A stretch of DNA of 64,000 bases from Mobula hypostoma (Eukaryota), in the NCBI RefSeq assembly GCF_963921235.1, contig NC_086108.1:51276001-51340000 (forward strand), read 5' to 3'. Made by a program: the position numbers and the translations under genes. Below, in pieces: positions 11,692 to 24,098 of the stretch. Under the pieces are notes generated by a model. It had not been told where the DNA came from. It did not search any database and saw only the letters and a program-made list of their open reading frames with translations. Positions within the stretch are counted from its first letter, which is position 1, and each line of letters opens with the position of its first letter.

Positions 11692-12504
11692 GGGAGCAGT
11701 CTTGGTGGACAGCAATCTTGAGGTCCTGCCAAAGATGTTTGATCGGGTTAAGGTCAGGACTCTGACTGGGCCACTCAAGGACATCAATTTTCTTCATTTG
11801 AAGCCACTCAATTGTTGCTCTGGCAGTGTGGTTTGGGCCGTTGTCCTGCTGAAAGATGAACTTCCTCTCTATTTTCTAACAGAGGCTAGCATGTTTTTAT
11901 CCAGGATCTCTCTGTATCTAGCAGCATTCATCTTCCAACCAGTCCTAATCAGATTTCCAACCCCTGCTGCTGAAAAGCATCCCCATAGCATGATGCTATC
12001 TCTACTATACTTTACAGTAGGGATGGTGTTACCTGGCTCATGTACAGTATTAGATTTACACCTCATGTACCGCTTAGTGTTGAGGCCAAAAAGTTTCACT
12101 TTAGTCTAATCTAATCACAGGACCTTTGTCCACATCTTTTCGGTATCTTCTAAGTGATGCCTTGCAAAAGCTTTATGGGCAAGGATTTTTTTAAGCCAGA
12201 GATTCTTCCTTGCTCTCTTCCATAAATACCCTTTTGTGCAAGGCCATAGAGTCTGCGGAGCCATGAACTTCACCTCCAGTTGCAGCCACTAACTGAAGAG
12301 TTCCGCAGCTCACTCAGAGTATCTGTTGGCATCACACTTTTGTTTTCATTTTGGTTTGGTCTATTGAAAATCTACCATACTGTTGGACCTCACAGAGAGA
12401 AGGGGTATTTATTCTAATGAATTCATTGAAAATAGGCAATCCTTCAATTTTCTACATCAACACATTGGTGAGTTGGCAAGGTATTACGGTGTATTGCACC
12501 TGAA

Positions 12505-13325
12505 ATGATGAAGTGATGAGGAGACGTACAGGAGTGAGATCGATCAGCTGGTTGAGTGATGTCGCAACAACAACCTTGCACTCAGTGTCAGTAAGACCAA
12601 AAAATTGTTTGTGGGCTTCAGGAATGGAAAGTTGAGGGAAAGTCCTCATCAAGGGATCAGCAGTAGAAAGGGTAATCAGTTTCAAGTTTCTGGGTGCCAA
12701 CATCTCTGAGAATCTATCCTGGATCCAACAGATTGATGCAATTACAAAAAAAGGCACAACAGCAGCTATATTTCATGAGGAGTTTGAGGAGAATTGGTAA
12801 GTCACCAAAGACTTGCAAATCTCTACGGATGTACCACAGAGTCCATTCTAAGTGGTTACATCGCCGTCTAGTATGCGGAACCATTGCACAGGATTATAAA
12901 AGGCCGCAGAAAGTTGAAACCGCAGATAGCCCCATTATGGTCACTTGCCTTCCCGGCATTGAGGACGTCTTCTAAAGGTGATGCCTCAAAAAAGGCAGCA
13001 TCCATTATTAAGAACCCACATCACCCAGGATACACCCCCTTCCCATTGCAACCATCAAGGAGAAGGTAGAGGATCCTGAAGCATTTCAGGAACAGCTTCT
13101 TCTCCTCTGCTATCAGGTTTCTGAGTGGACCATGAACCCTAGTTCACGACCTCACTATTTTTAAAATCTTCTAAAATGTTTTTTTGCACTAATTTAATTT
13201 AATTTTTAAGTATATATTTCTTGTTGCAATTTACCGATTTTTATTGCAATGTACTGCTGCCACAAAATAACAAATTTCACAATGTATGCCAATGATTTTA
13301 AACTTGATTTTGTTTTGATTCTGAT
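12505..13325 (+). mobile_element. Rex1/Babar-type LINE 3' fragment
   Basis: AQQQLYFMRSLRR, ASIIKNPHHPG motifs and GATTCT tail. Confidence 0.78.
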
Positions 13326-14219
13326 TCGATTCAAACTCCTGAACCCATCTTGTGAAAAATTGCCAGCTATGCCCTGCCTTCAAAAATCATAGCAAATCCA
13401 TTCTGGCTACTTAACATCATATCCATCCACTGAAAGATGCAAGTTAAGATGTAATACTAAGAAGTGCTTACCAACAATCTGCATATTTAGCTTCAATAAT
13501 CCTAGTAACTCCAGATCTTAGTTTGGTTCAAAATGGGACTAAAGATCTAGATTCTGGAGATCAGCGGAGAAAAAAATGTCCCATTTTGTCAAAGCATCAG
13601 TTGACTGAATACAGAGAGGGAATATAGTAAAATTAGATTCAATGTTGTCCCACACTTGGAGGGTGTTAAATTGTGAGGTGATTAACAATAGATTTCTAAA
13701 GGATTTAGAAAGGCCAATGGAAAGGAGAGATATATCTGAATAAAATTTGAGTCAAAAATCCAAGTGATTTATGTTGGTAAGAAAAATGTGGAAAGGCACT
13801 ATAACTCAGTTATAAAAGGAGTGCATAAACAGAGATCTGCATTTAAAAAACATTGAAAATGGAGGGAAATTTTGAAAAAGCCACTTCGAAACACATACAT
13901 GATCATGACTTTTATAAATAGAAACAGAGCCTACAGAAGCAAACAGGTAACACTGACTCTGTGAAATTCTGGTTTTGTATGATATTGCGATATTCTGATC
14001 ACACACCATTGGAAAAATGTGCAGAGTCTGGAGAAGATGCAGAACAGATTTAGTGAAATGATCGAGAAGAGAAAATTAATTGACATGAATTAAGTCAAGA
14101 ATCTGCAATTGTTCTCCTTGGAGTAGAAAGTTGTTTCTTGTCATATGTACAAGTACATGTATGTACAGGTGCAGTGAAAAATTTAATTGTAGCAACATCA
14201 CAGACAGATAGCATCAGAT

Positions 14220-15439
14220 TGTCATGGTCCGGTCTGTTGACTCCTCATTTCAGTTCATTTCCTTTTCCCGTGTTCCACTGGGCTCCTTGTTTAGGGCACC
14301 TGATCCTCATTCAAACTGGCAGCATAAAAACTCCAGCTTACATCTACTCTCTGCTGGTTCGTCACCGCAGCCAGGGTGGCTATGCTTATCCTGGAGCTGC
14401 CGAGAATCGTGGACTCTAAGTTGCTTTGGTGCCTGTGGCTGCTTAGAGAATTCAGTCGTTTTCATGTCCAGCTGAGTTGCTGGACGTTTTGCCACTACTC
14501 TGAGTCAAGATGTGAATTCTGTCGTTTTCACGTTCGGCTGAGATTTGCTGGCCAGTTGCCACCACTCCGAGCCAAGATACAAATGGACTGTCATCGTTTG
14601 GTTTTTGTCGTCTCGTCTCCAGCCAAGTAGGTCCAGCCGTTTGCTGCTACTCCGAGTTGGGAATCTGTCTCTTTGTGTCCAGCTAAGTGATTGCCGGCTG
14701 TTTGCCACTTCATGAGCTTCTCCATGTCAAGATTCGTATTGTCAGTCGTTGGTTGGGTTAGTTGTTTCATTTCCAGCTGATAGGTCTGGCCGTTTGCCAC
14801 TACTCCGAGTTGGGAATCTGTCTCTTCGTGTCCAGCTGAGTGAATGCCGGCCATTTGCAGCTTCATGAGCTACTCTGTGTCAGGGTATGGATTGTCTGTT
14901 GTTGTTTGGATTGGTCGCCTCGTTTCCAGCTGAGTAGGTCTGGCCGTTTGCCACTACTCCGAGTTGGGTATTCTGTCTCTCCATGTCCGAGTCCAAGTTC
15001 AAGTCCAGGCTCTGTGTCCAAGTCTGAGTCCAAGACCAGGCACCGGGTCCAAGTCCAAGTCCGAGTCCAAGTCCAAGTCCGAGTCCAAGTCCAGGCTCGG
15101 TGTCCAAGTTCTAGTCCAAGTCCAGGCTCTGTGTCCAAGTCCTAGTCCAAGTTCAGGCTCCGGGTCCAAGTCCGAGTCCAAGTCCAGGCTCTGTGTCCAA
15201 GTCCTAGTCCAAGTCCAGGCTCTGTGTCCAAGTCCAGGCTCCATGTCTGAATCCAAGTCCAAGTCCAGGCTCCGTGTCCGAGCTCCTCATGTTTGTTGTC
15301 CCGCATCCTCGTCTGTGTAAGCATTCTATCCTCGCTCCCCGGTTTTCCTGGCAACTATTAATAAACACACTTCTGTTATTGCTACGTACGTGTCTGTGTC
15401 CTGCTCTTGGGTCTGCTCCCAAACGCTGCCCATGTAACA
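14220..15439 (+). mobile_element. Solo LTR (Gypsy-like) with internal tandem repeats
   Basis: TGTCA...TAACA termini; 5-bp TSD CAGAT (14215-14219, 15440-15444); AATAAA at 15360. Confidence 0.88.
14985..15285. repeat. (GTCCAA/GTCCGA/GTCCAG)n hexamer array within the solo LTR
   Basis: Directly visible tandem hexamers with a recurring GGCTCT/GGCTCC higher-order unit. Confidence 0.9.
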
Positions 15440-16539
15440 CAGATACATAACATTCACAAGAAAAATATAAATTATGCAAAATTGATGGGCTATTGCAACA
15501 CTGCTAAAGCTATATGACTTCATGTTAAGGTACCTTTAAATGAATGTACAGGAAATAATTTATGTGGCGCAACCCATATAACACATTGCCAAAGGCCCAG
15601 GTTCAATCATGACCTTGGGTGTTGTCTTACTGAGTGGGTTTCCTCCAAATTCTTCCTCCACAACACAAAGACATGTGAGTTGGCAGAGTATTTGGCCATT
15701 GTGAATTGTCCATAGCATGTAGGAGTATGGTAGAATCCAGGGGGAGGTGATGGGAATGTGGGAAAAAAATACAATTAATATACATTTTATGTAAATGGAT
15801 CAAGGTTTTGGTGGGCTGAAAGGCCAGCTTCAATGCTGCATTTCTCTATGGCTCTGTAATGCATAAAGTTATAATAGCTCACCATGACAAACAGGTTCTA
15901 AATAGGTTCTGTTGGAGGAAGAATCAAAAACAAAACTGCACCAATTTAAGTCAGTGGAAGTATTTAAAATTTTGCTTTATTTGGGAACTAGATGGACTAT
16001 GGAGGGAGGAATAAATAGCGGCCTGTGGAATAAAATCTGGCAATGCATCATCAGCTTGATGGGAAATACTCTTCTTCCATGCAAGGAGGAGTTTCTTTAG
16101 CCCGAGGGTGGTAAATCAGTAGAATTCTTTGCCACAGATGGCTGTGGAGACCAAGTCATTGGGTACATTTAAAGCAGAGGTTGATTGGACCTTGATTAAG
16201 TAAGGAAGTCAAAGGTTATGGAAAGAAGGAAGGAAAGTGGAGTTGAGAAGAAAAAATAAATCGTCCATGATTGAACGGCCTAATTCTGCTACTAGGTCTT
16301 GTGATCTTATGCTAAGCAATCTAGGGCTATTATGAAAGGAAAACAATTCCACAACTGAAATTACACTGATCACGTAGTGTGGTTGTTGAAGGTTAGTCCT
16401 GAGGTATCACCACACTAGTTCCTTAGGTAATGTCCAACAATCTAGAGCAACTTCTCCCATGTGAGGGGGAGGGGGGAACGTTGACTCAGACCATGAGAGG
16501 CCTGCATCAGGCATTTTCATGCCTTACAAGGGCAAGTGT

Positions 16540-16745
16540 TGGGCACGTGGCCAAGTGGTTATGGCATTCGTCTAGTTATCTCAAGGTCGCTAGTTTGGGC
16601 CTCAGCTGTGGCAGCGTGTTTGTGCCCTTGAGTAAGGCACTTAATCACAAATGGCTCTCATCTGTGCGAGGAGTGGCACCCCACATAGACTTCCAATCTG
16701 CACCTTGTAAGGCAAGGCTTCTCCCATGACTTTCCTATTACCATG
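16540..16745 (+). mobile_element. tRNA-derived SINE fragment (same head as 60639-60949)
   Basis: GGCACGTGGCCAAGTGGTTA...CCTTGAGTAAGGCACTTAA. Confidence 0.7.
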
Positions 16746-18649
16746 GCAGAAACATTTGCTGATGATTGCACAGTGTTCCATTCCATTTGAAACTCTCAAA
16801 AATATAACAATTATTGCCTGAATGCAGCAATACTTAGATAGCAACCAGAAATAGAATGATATAGCATGTAACAGCTTGCCACACAAATGCCAGACTATAA
16901 TTATATCCAAGGCAGAATCTACACATTTCCCCCTGATGTTTTACAGCATTACCGTTACTGTATGGGACATCACCTTAAGGTCGCCTTTGACTTGAAACTT
17001 GACTGGGCCCACTACAGACAGAGTGGGCTGACTAGTAGAAGAAATGACTCATTTCCTAGATATATTCTGAAATGTTAGCTGTTTCTTGTTCCACAAATGC
17101 TGCCTGATCTACTGAGTTTTTCCAGCATTTTCTATTTTTATTTCGGATTCCCAGCACCTCCACTTTCTGTTTGAAGCTCATCTCCATACAGACAGAGCAT
17201 ACCAGTTGACTGGCTCCAACTTTATCATCCGAGGCATTCTCACCCTTCACTACCTGGCTGCATTGTGTACCATTTACAAAATAGCATGTACTAAATCACC
17301 AAAGTGTCTTCACCAATACCTCCCAAACCTACAACCTCAACCATCCAGAAAGGACAAAGGTGGCAGATCAATAGGAAAACTAGCACATACATGAAAATAT
17401 ATTGTTGGTCTTTCACATTAAACAAATCTAGTTGTTGGAAGCCCAATGCAGCCTTCACCATGACAGTGGTTCAAGTAGGCAGCACCCCATCATTTTCTCA
17501 AGGTCAATAAAAGGATAGACAGCAAGTGCTGCCAAATTCATTGTTGTCCAAAGTGTTCCACCACCATCATATTGCTCCTAATTTGCTGTTAATTTTAATA
17601 GAATGATTGGTGGGCTCATAGTTTCATTAAAATACATAAGAAGTATATTCATTCTACAGATGGTAGTGATTTGGAATAATCTATCAGATGGAATAATTGA
17701 AAGGGAAGCATTGGGGTAGTGCGAAATATAATTGGTTACTATGAAGGAGGTATTGGTGTTCTCAAAGATGAAAATTTCTTAGGCTGTAGATCCTTTTGTT
17801 TCTTACTTCTCAAGTTATCCTTCTTCTAAATGCTATCTTTACAACAATACAGGCAACCTACAAACTTTGTATATAAGCTGCTTTCTTTAAAGCATTTGTG
17901 TACTTTCAACCCTACTAGAATACTATTAGTCAATGGCACGTGCTTTGTCCTCTATTTCCCAAACCTTCCTCTCACCAGCTTTCCTATTCTCTTCTCTTTG
18001 CAAATTTATAATGCAATCATTTCTTGCAAACTACCATTCACCCCGATTCTTTAAGACTTCATGTGTTTTTAAAGCTTTTCTGTTTTCTTCACCTAAACAA
18101 GCTTCCAGGTTCTGTACCCAAGTGAATCTCAGTTTTACATGAATTCCTTTACGCAGCATGACACTGGCATTCCATAAACAATGATTTTGCTTAATGTTAA
18201 TAGAAAGCTTGTTGTACAATTCATAATATTTTCCTTTCTGGCCTCTGATTTCCCTTCCTTACATGATCTTGCATTTCTTGATTATGAACCGTACGTTTTC
18301 TTTTCCTCTTTCGTTATGTTAAACTTACAGTTATTCCTCTTCACGATCACTTCTTCCAATCCTAGGACTTTAAGTATTTGTCTTCAGCTTTCAGGTCCTG
18401 TTGCAATCTGCACGAACTTGATATCAACGCTAACCTCTTCGCAAGCATTTGCACATATCGTGGTGGCTCGCTTACTGAGCCAGTGCCACTTTATATGCAC
18501 AATTGCTCAACGATAATCGAAAAAAAGATGCAAAATCAACCAACAGCCCTTACATTGACTGACAAACTACAGATGCACGATTTTAAGGTGTTTAAAGCGA
18601 CAACGAGCTATCATTGCAACATTGAGTGTCACTTTCACACAGTAAAATC

Positions 18650-19180
18650 CTCTTATAAAACATTATTTTAACGCCAGTATTGAGTCCCTCTCGAGCGTGT
18701 CTGCATTAGGTCAGCGTCCAAGCGAAAGGATCCGGTTGGTGAGAAGGGTTATAATTCATGTTGAGCGACGCGTTTTCAGCACCTGCCTGGGGAACAGGGC
18801 CTGATCAGTTTCAACAGTACGCCAACTGGTTGAAGCGGGGGCTGAGAACATTCGCACCGAGCTGTCTAAACAACATTGTGGCAGAAGCCACAGTTACTCT
18901 GACGGACGAGAGAGCGTCAGTGACCTTCCAGACTTTCAAGAAAATGGGGGAAGAGCTGAAATGGAAAAAAGCCCACGACGCGTTTAAAGTGCGCTGGGAC
19001 AGAACCGACGACTGTTTGTGCCGCAACAGCATGTCCTTCTTCCTGCACAAAACCATCAGAAGTGACTTTTTTTCCAGCTACCTTTTTCTCTTGGAGGGGC
19101 TGCCTCTGGGTGAGTTTGACTGACGCTGCGGTCTGGTCGCCTACAGAGATTCGGCACCGCGGCGAGAATGAAAATATCCG
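18650..19180 (+). promoter_or_regulatory. CpG-enriched NTMT2 promoter/exon-1 region with TATA-like boxes
   Basis: Local CpG enrichment; TATAAAA at 18654-18660 and TTATAAT at 18749-18755; the transcription start cannot be determined from sequence. Confidence 0.5.
18944..19109 (+). CDS. NTMT2: NTMT2 (METTL11B) coding exon 1
   Basis: MGEELKWKKAHDAFKVRWDRTDDCLCRNSMSFFLHKTIRSDFFSSYLFLLEGLPL matches the NTMT2-specific N-terminus (human AHFAFRSRWQKTDDELCRHSMSFILHKAIRNDFFQSYLYLLEKIPL). Strong Kozak AAAATGG, donor G|GTGAGT, phase 1. Confidence 0.92.
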
Positions 19181-20392
19181 AATGCCTTCCACAGGTGAAT
19201 TTGAATATGAAAAGAATCTTATATTAAATTGTGTCCAATTGTATTTCGTATTACTAGATAGCGATTTATCATTACAGGTTTGGTTGAAAACCTCATGGGA
19301 AGGTTTGCTAGTACTGCACGAGGTGGGGGTGGTTTTAGACTAGAGTTGCGGGGTGGGGAGAGTGCAAGAGCAGATTGTGGAGTGATTGTGGGGAAAGATG
19401 TTGTTAAACCTACACACAAAGTCAGGAACGAAAGGCTGATCATAGTGGGACTAACGAGTTTAGAGCATGGATCAACACGTGGAATTATGATATGGTAGCC
19501 ATTAGTGAGACTTGGCGGCTAGAGGGGCAGGAAGCTCAATGTTCCGGGGTTCCGCTGTTTAAGACGTGACAGAGCAGGAGGGATTAAAGGAGAAGGGGTG
19601 GTGTTACTAGTCGGGGAAAATGTCACGTCAGTGCTCAGTCAGCACAGACTGATGAGATCCTCTATTGAGGGTTATATAGGGAGAACTCAGGACTAAGAAA
19701 GGGACGACCACGTTAACGGGATTATATTATAAACCACGGGAGTTAGACAAGCAAATTTGTAGAGAGATGGAAGCTTCGTACTGTAAGAGGGCTGGATGGG
19801 ATAGAGTTTGTCATATGTGTTCAGGAATGTTTCCTTGATCAGTACGTAGAAGTCCCAACTAGAGAGGGTGTGATACGAGATCTCCCGTTAGGGAAGGGGA
19901 CAGGCAGGTGACAATGGTTTGTATAGGGGAACACTTTGCCTCTAGCGATCATGATGCCATTAGTTTCAAGATAATTATGGAGTTAGATAGGTCTGGTCCT
20001 CCAGGCGAGATTCTAAATTGGGGGAAGTCCAATTTTGATAGCATAAGAAAGAATCTAATGAGTGTAGATTGGGACAGGTTGTTTTCTGGACAAGTTGTAC
20101 TTGGTAAGTGAGAGGTTTTCAAAAGTGAAATTTTGGGAGTACAGAGTTGGTATGTTCCTGTCGGAATAAAAGGCAAGGATAACAGGTTTAGGGAACCTTG
20201 GTTTTCCGGAGATATTGAGGCCCTGGTTAAGAAAAAGAAGGAAGTGCATAGCAGGTCTGGGCAAGTAGGAACAAATGAGGAATTTGAGGGTTATAAGAAA
20301 CACAACAAAACACTTAAGGATGAAATCAGGAGGGCTAAAAGAAGGCATGGTGTTGCTCTAGCAGACAAGATGAAGCAGAGTCCTAAGGGCTT

Positions 20393-20790
20393 ATAATAAC
20401 AACAATAATAATAATTAAAATTAATAATAATAAGTACTTTATCGATACCAAGTGGGAAACACTTTTATTAGAGCAGCAACATTTAAAAACACACTTAGCA
20501 GTGTGCAGACTTAACTAAAATTAAATACAGAATAATAATGTGCAAAATAAAGCAGAGACTATTGTACTATAATGCATGTTCTCCTGTGGCACAGAGATGA
20601 ACTGTTGTATATACTTATGGCAGTTGGTAGGAAAGATTTTCTGTAATAATCCTTGTGACAGCGGAGCTGAATGACTCTGCTCAGAAGGGTGCTCTGCTGC
20701 TTATTCAGGAGGTCATGGAGAAGATGAGCCGGATTGTCCATAATGGATAACAGTTTTCTTTGTGACGTCCTCTCCACCACTAACTCATAT
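20393..20790 (-). mobile_element. Rex1/Babar-type 3' fragment nested in CR1
   Basis: LLSIMDNPAHLLH...RCHKDYYRKSFLPTAISIYN; (TAT)n-like tail. Confidence 0.72.
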
Positions 20791-21308
20791 AGCAAGAGTA
20801 AAATGATAGTCAGGGACAAAATCAGGTGTGGTCACCTACGCATGGAGCTGAAAGATTTGGGGGAGACGTTAAATGGATTTTTTCCATTGGTATTTATTTG
20901 GGAGACTGACTCAGAGTCTATGGAAGAGAGGCAAAGCAGCAGTGAGATCACGGACCATATACAGATGACAGAGGAGGAGATGCTTGCACCGATTAGGGTG
21001 GGAAAACCCCAGGGCCTGACAGGCTGTAACCTTGGCCCTGTGGGAGGCTAGAACAGAAATGGCAGGGGCCCCAGAAGAGAGATTTAAAATGTCCTTAGCC
21101 ACAGGTGGATTGGAGAATAGCTAATGTTGTTCCATCGGTTAAGAAAGATTCCAAAAATAAGCCAGAAAATCATAGGCTGTGAGCCTGACATCAGTAGTTG
21201 GTAAGTTATAGGAGAGTATTCTAAGGGACCAGATATTTGGATAGACAGAGATTGATTAGGGATAGTGGCTTTGTGTGTGGTAGGTTGTGTCCAACCAATC
21301 TTGTAATA

Positions 21309-21928
21309 TGATGTAAACCAATCTTGCTGAACATCTACGCTCTGTCCGCCAGAGAAAGCAGGATCTCCCAGTGGCCACACATTTTAATTCCACATCCCAT
21401 TCCCATTCTGACATGTCTATCCACGGCCTCCTCTACTGTAAAGATGAAGCCACACTCAGGTTGAAGGAACAACACCTTATATTCCGTCTGGGTAGCCTCC
21501 AACCTGATGGCATGAACATCGACTTCTCTAACTTCCGCTAGGCCCCACCTCCCCCTCGTACCCCATCTATTACTTATTTTTATGCACACATTCTTTCTCT
21601 CACTCTCCTTTTTCTCCCTCTGTCCCTCTGAATATACCTCTTGCCCATCCTCTGGGTCCCCCCACCTTGTCTTTCTTCCCGGACCTCCTGTCTCATGATC
21701 CTCTCATATCCCCGTTTGCCTATCACCTGTCCAGCTCTTGGCTCCATTCCTCCCCCTCCTGTCTTCTCCTATCATTTTGGATCTCCCCCTCCCCCTCCAA
21801 CTTTCAAATCTCTTACTCACTCTTCCTTCAGTTAGTCCTGACGAAGGGTCTCGGCCTGAAACGTCGACTGCACCTCTTCCTACAGATGCTGCTTGGCCTG
21901 CTGCGTTCACCAGCAACTTTGATGTGTG
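21309..21928 (+). mobile_element. 5'-truncated Penelope-like element (GIY-YIG C-terminus plus terminal repeat)
   Basis: Stop-free frame 21326-21541 AEHLRSVRQRKQDLPVATHFNSTSH...RLKEQHLIFRLGSLQPDGMNIDF; 12-bp TSD AATCTTGTAATA (21297-21308, 21929-21940). Confidence 0.88.
21834..21869 (+). ncRNA. Minimal type I hammerhead ribozyme motif (Penelope-associated)
   Basis: AGTC-CTGACGA-AGGGTCTCGGCCT-GAAA-CGTC-GACT. Confidence 0.78.
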
Positions 21929-23019
21929 AATCTTGTAATAGTTTTTTTTTGAGCAAGTTACCAGGAAACTTGATGAAGGCAAGTCAGCGGATGTTGTCTA
22001 CATGGACTTTAGCAAGACCTTTGACAACATCTCACATAGGAGGTTGGTCAAGAAGGTTCAGTCGCTTGGCATTCAAGATGAGGTAGTAATTTGGATTAGA
22101 TATTGGCTTCACAGGAGAAGCCAGAGAGTGGTGGTAGATGGTTGCCTTTCTGAATGGAGGCCTGTGACTAGTGGTGTGCCTCAGGGACTGGTGTTGGTTC
22201 CATTGTTGTTTGTCATCTATATCAACGATCTGGATGGTAATGTAGTAAACTGGGTCAGCAAATTTGAGGATGACAGTAAGGTTGGATATGTAATGGACAG
22301 GGAGGAAAACAATCAAAGCTTGCAGAGGTATCTGGACCAGCTGGGAAAAATGGGCTGGAAAATGGCAGATGGAACTTAATGCAGACAAGTCTGAGGTGTT
22401 GCACTTTGGGAGGACAAACCAGGGTAGGTCTAGCACAGTGAGTGGTAAGGTGCTGAGGAGTGTGGTAAAACAGAGGGATCTGAGCATACAGACCTTTAAT
22501 TCCTTGAAAGTGGTATTCTGGGTAGATAGGGTTGTAAAGAAAGCTTTTGGCACATTGGACTTCATAAATAAAATTATTGAGTACAGGAGTTAGGATGGTA
22601 TGTTGAAATTGTATAAAGTATTGATGAGGCCTAATTTGGAGAATTGTGTGCAATTTTGGTCACCTACCTATAAGAAAGATATCAATTAGACTGAAATAAT
22701 GCAGAGAAAATTTACAAGGATGTTGCCTGGACTTGAGGACTTGAGTTATCGAGAAACGTTGAATAGATTAAAACTTTATTCCCTGGAGAATAAAAACATG
22801 CGGGGAGATTTGATAGGGGGATACAGTTATGAGGGGTTAAATGCAAGCAGGCTTTTTTCCACTGCGGTTGGGTGAGAGTAAGGCTGAAAGATGAAATGTT
22901 TAAGGGGAACATGAGGAAGAACTTCTTCAATCAGAGTGTGGAACGAGCTGCCAATGGAAGTGGTGGATGTGGGTTCGATTTGATATCTAGGAGAAATTTG
23001 CTGAGGTACATGGGTGGAT

Positions 23020-24098
23020 ACCAGTACTAATCAACAAGCTCCAAAACCTGGGCTTTTGTGCTTCCTGCAAATAGATCCTTGACTTCCTCACTGGGAGAAC
23101 ACAGACAGTGAGGATTGGAAATAACATCTCCTCCTCACTGACAGTCAGCCCTGGTACCCCTCAAGGATGCCTGCTTAGCCCACTGCTGTACCCTCTCTGC
23201 AACCATAATTGGGTGGCTAGGCACAGCTTAAATGACATCTTTAAATTTGCCGATGACAGAACTATTGTTTGCAGAGTTACAGACTGTGAAGAGGAAGCAT
23301 ACAGGAGTGAGATAGGTCAGCAAGCTGAATGGTGTAGTAACAACAACCTTGCATTCACAGTCAGTCAGACAAGGGAATTTATTGTGGACTTCAGGATGCG
23401 GAATTCAAGGGAACTCATCAAGGGCTCAGTAGTGGGGAAAGGGTTAACAGTTTAGAGTTCCTGGGTATCAACATCTTCATGCAATTATTATTACTGTGAC
23501 CAACATTTTAATGCAATTATGAAGAGGGCAGGATGATGGCTATGTTTCATTAGGTGTCTGAGGAGACTTGGTATGTTACTAAGACACTCGCAAATTTCTA
23601 CAGAGACGCACGGAGAACATTCTACCTGATTGCATCACTATCTGGTATGGAGGGGCAACTGCACAGGATTAGAAAAAGCTACAGAAAGTTGCCAACTCAG
23701 CCAGCTCCATCATGGGCACCAGCCTCCCCAGCATTGAGGATATCTTCAAAAGGTGATGTCTCCAAAATGTGGCATCCATCTTTAAGGACTCCTATCAACC
23801 AGGACATGCTCCCTCATTGTTGCTATCAAGAAGGAAGTGCAGGAGTCTGAAGACACACACTCTATGTTTTAGGAACAGCTTCTTCCCCTCCACCATCAGA
23901 TTTCTGAATTGACAATACTTTACCTCACTATTTTTTGCTTTCTTTTTGCACACTTATTTAATTTAAAATTTTTAATATATACAGTAATCCTCATTGTAAT
24001 AGATAGTTTTAGATTATGTACTGCAATATGCTGCTGCTCCAAAACACCACATTTCACAACATATGCCAAATATTAAATCTGATCCTGACTGTGATTCT
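23020..24098 (+). mobile_element. Rex1/Babar-type LINE 3' half nested in CR1
   Basis: [22 protein letters not shown] motifs; GATTCT-like tail. Confidence 0.82.

Larger units (their letters stand above)
10438..12503 (-). mobile_element. Tc1-family transposon remnant with two nested insertions
   Basis: TA|CAGAGCCCTG terminus; minus-strand DD34E-type transposase (IPTVKY...[29 protein letters not shown]); second TIR not seen. Confidence 0.82.

Noticed and set aside
11501..12109. 202-aa plus-strand ORF
   Set aside because: Antisense to a Tc1 transposase remnant and running through a MITE; not a gene
14840..15479. Overlapping low-complexity ORFs (VQVRVQ, SKSESK, WTWTRT)
   Set aside because: Stop-poor frames of the hexamer array within a solo LTR
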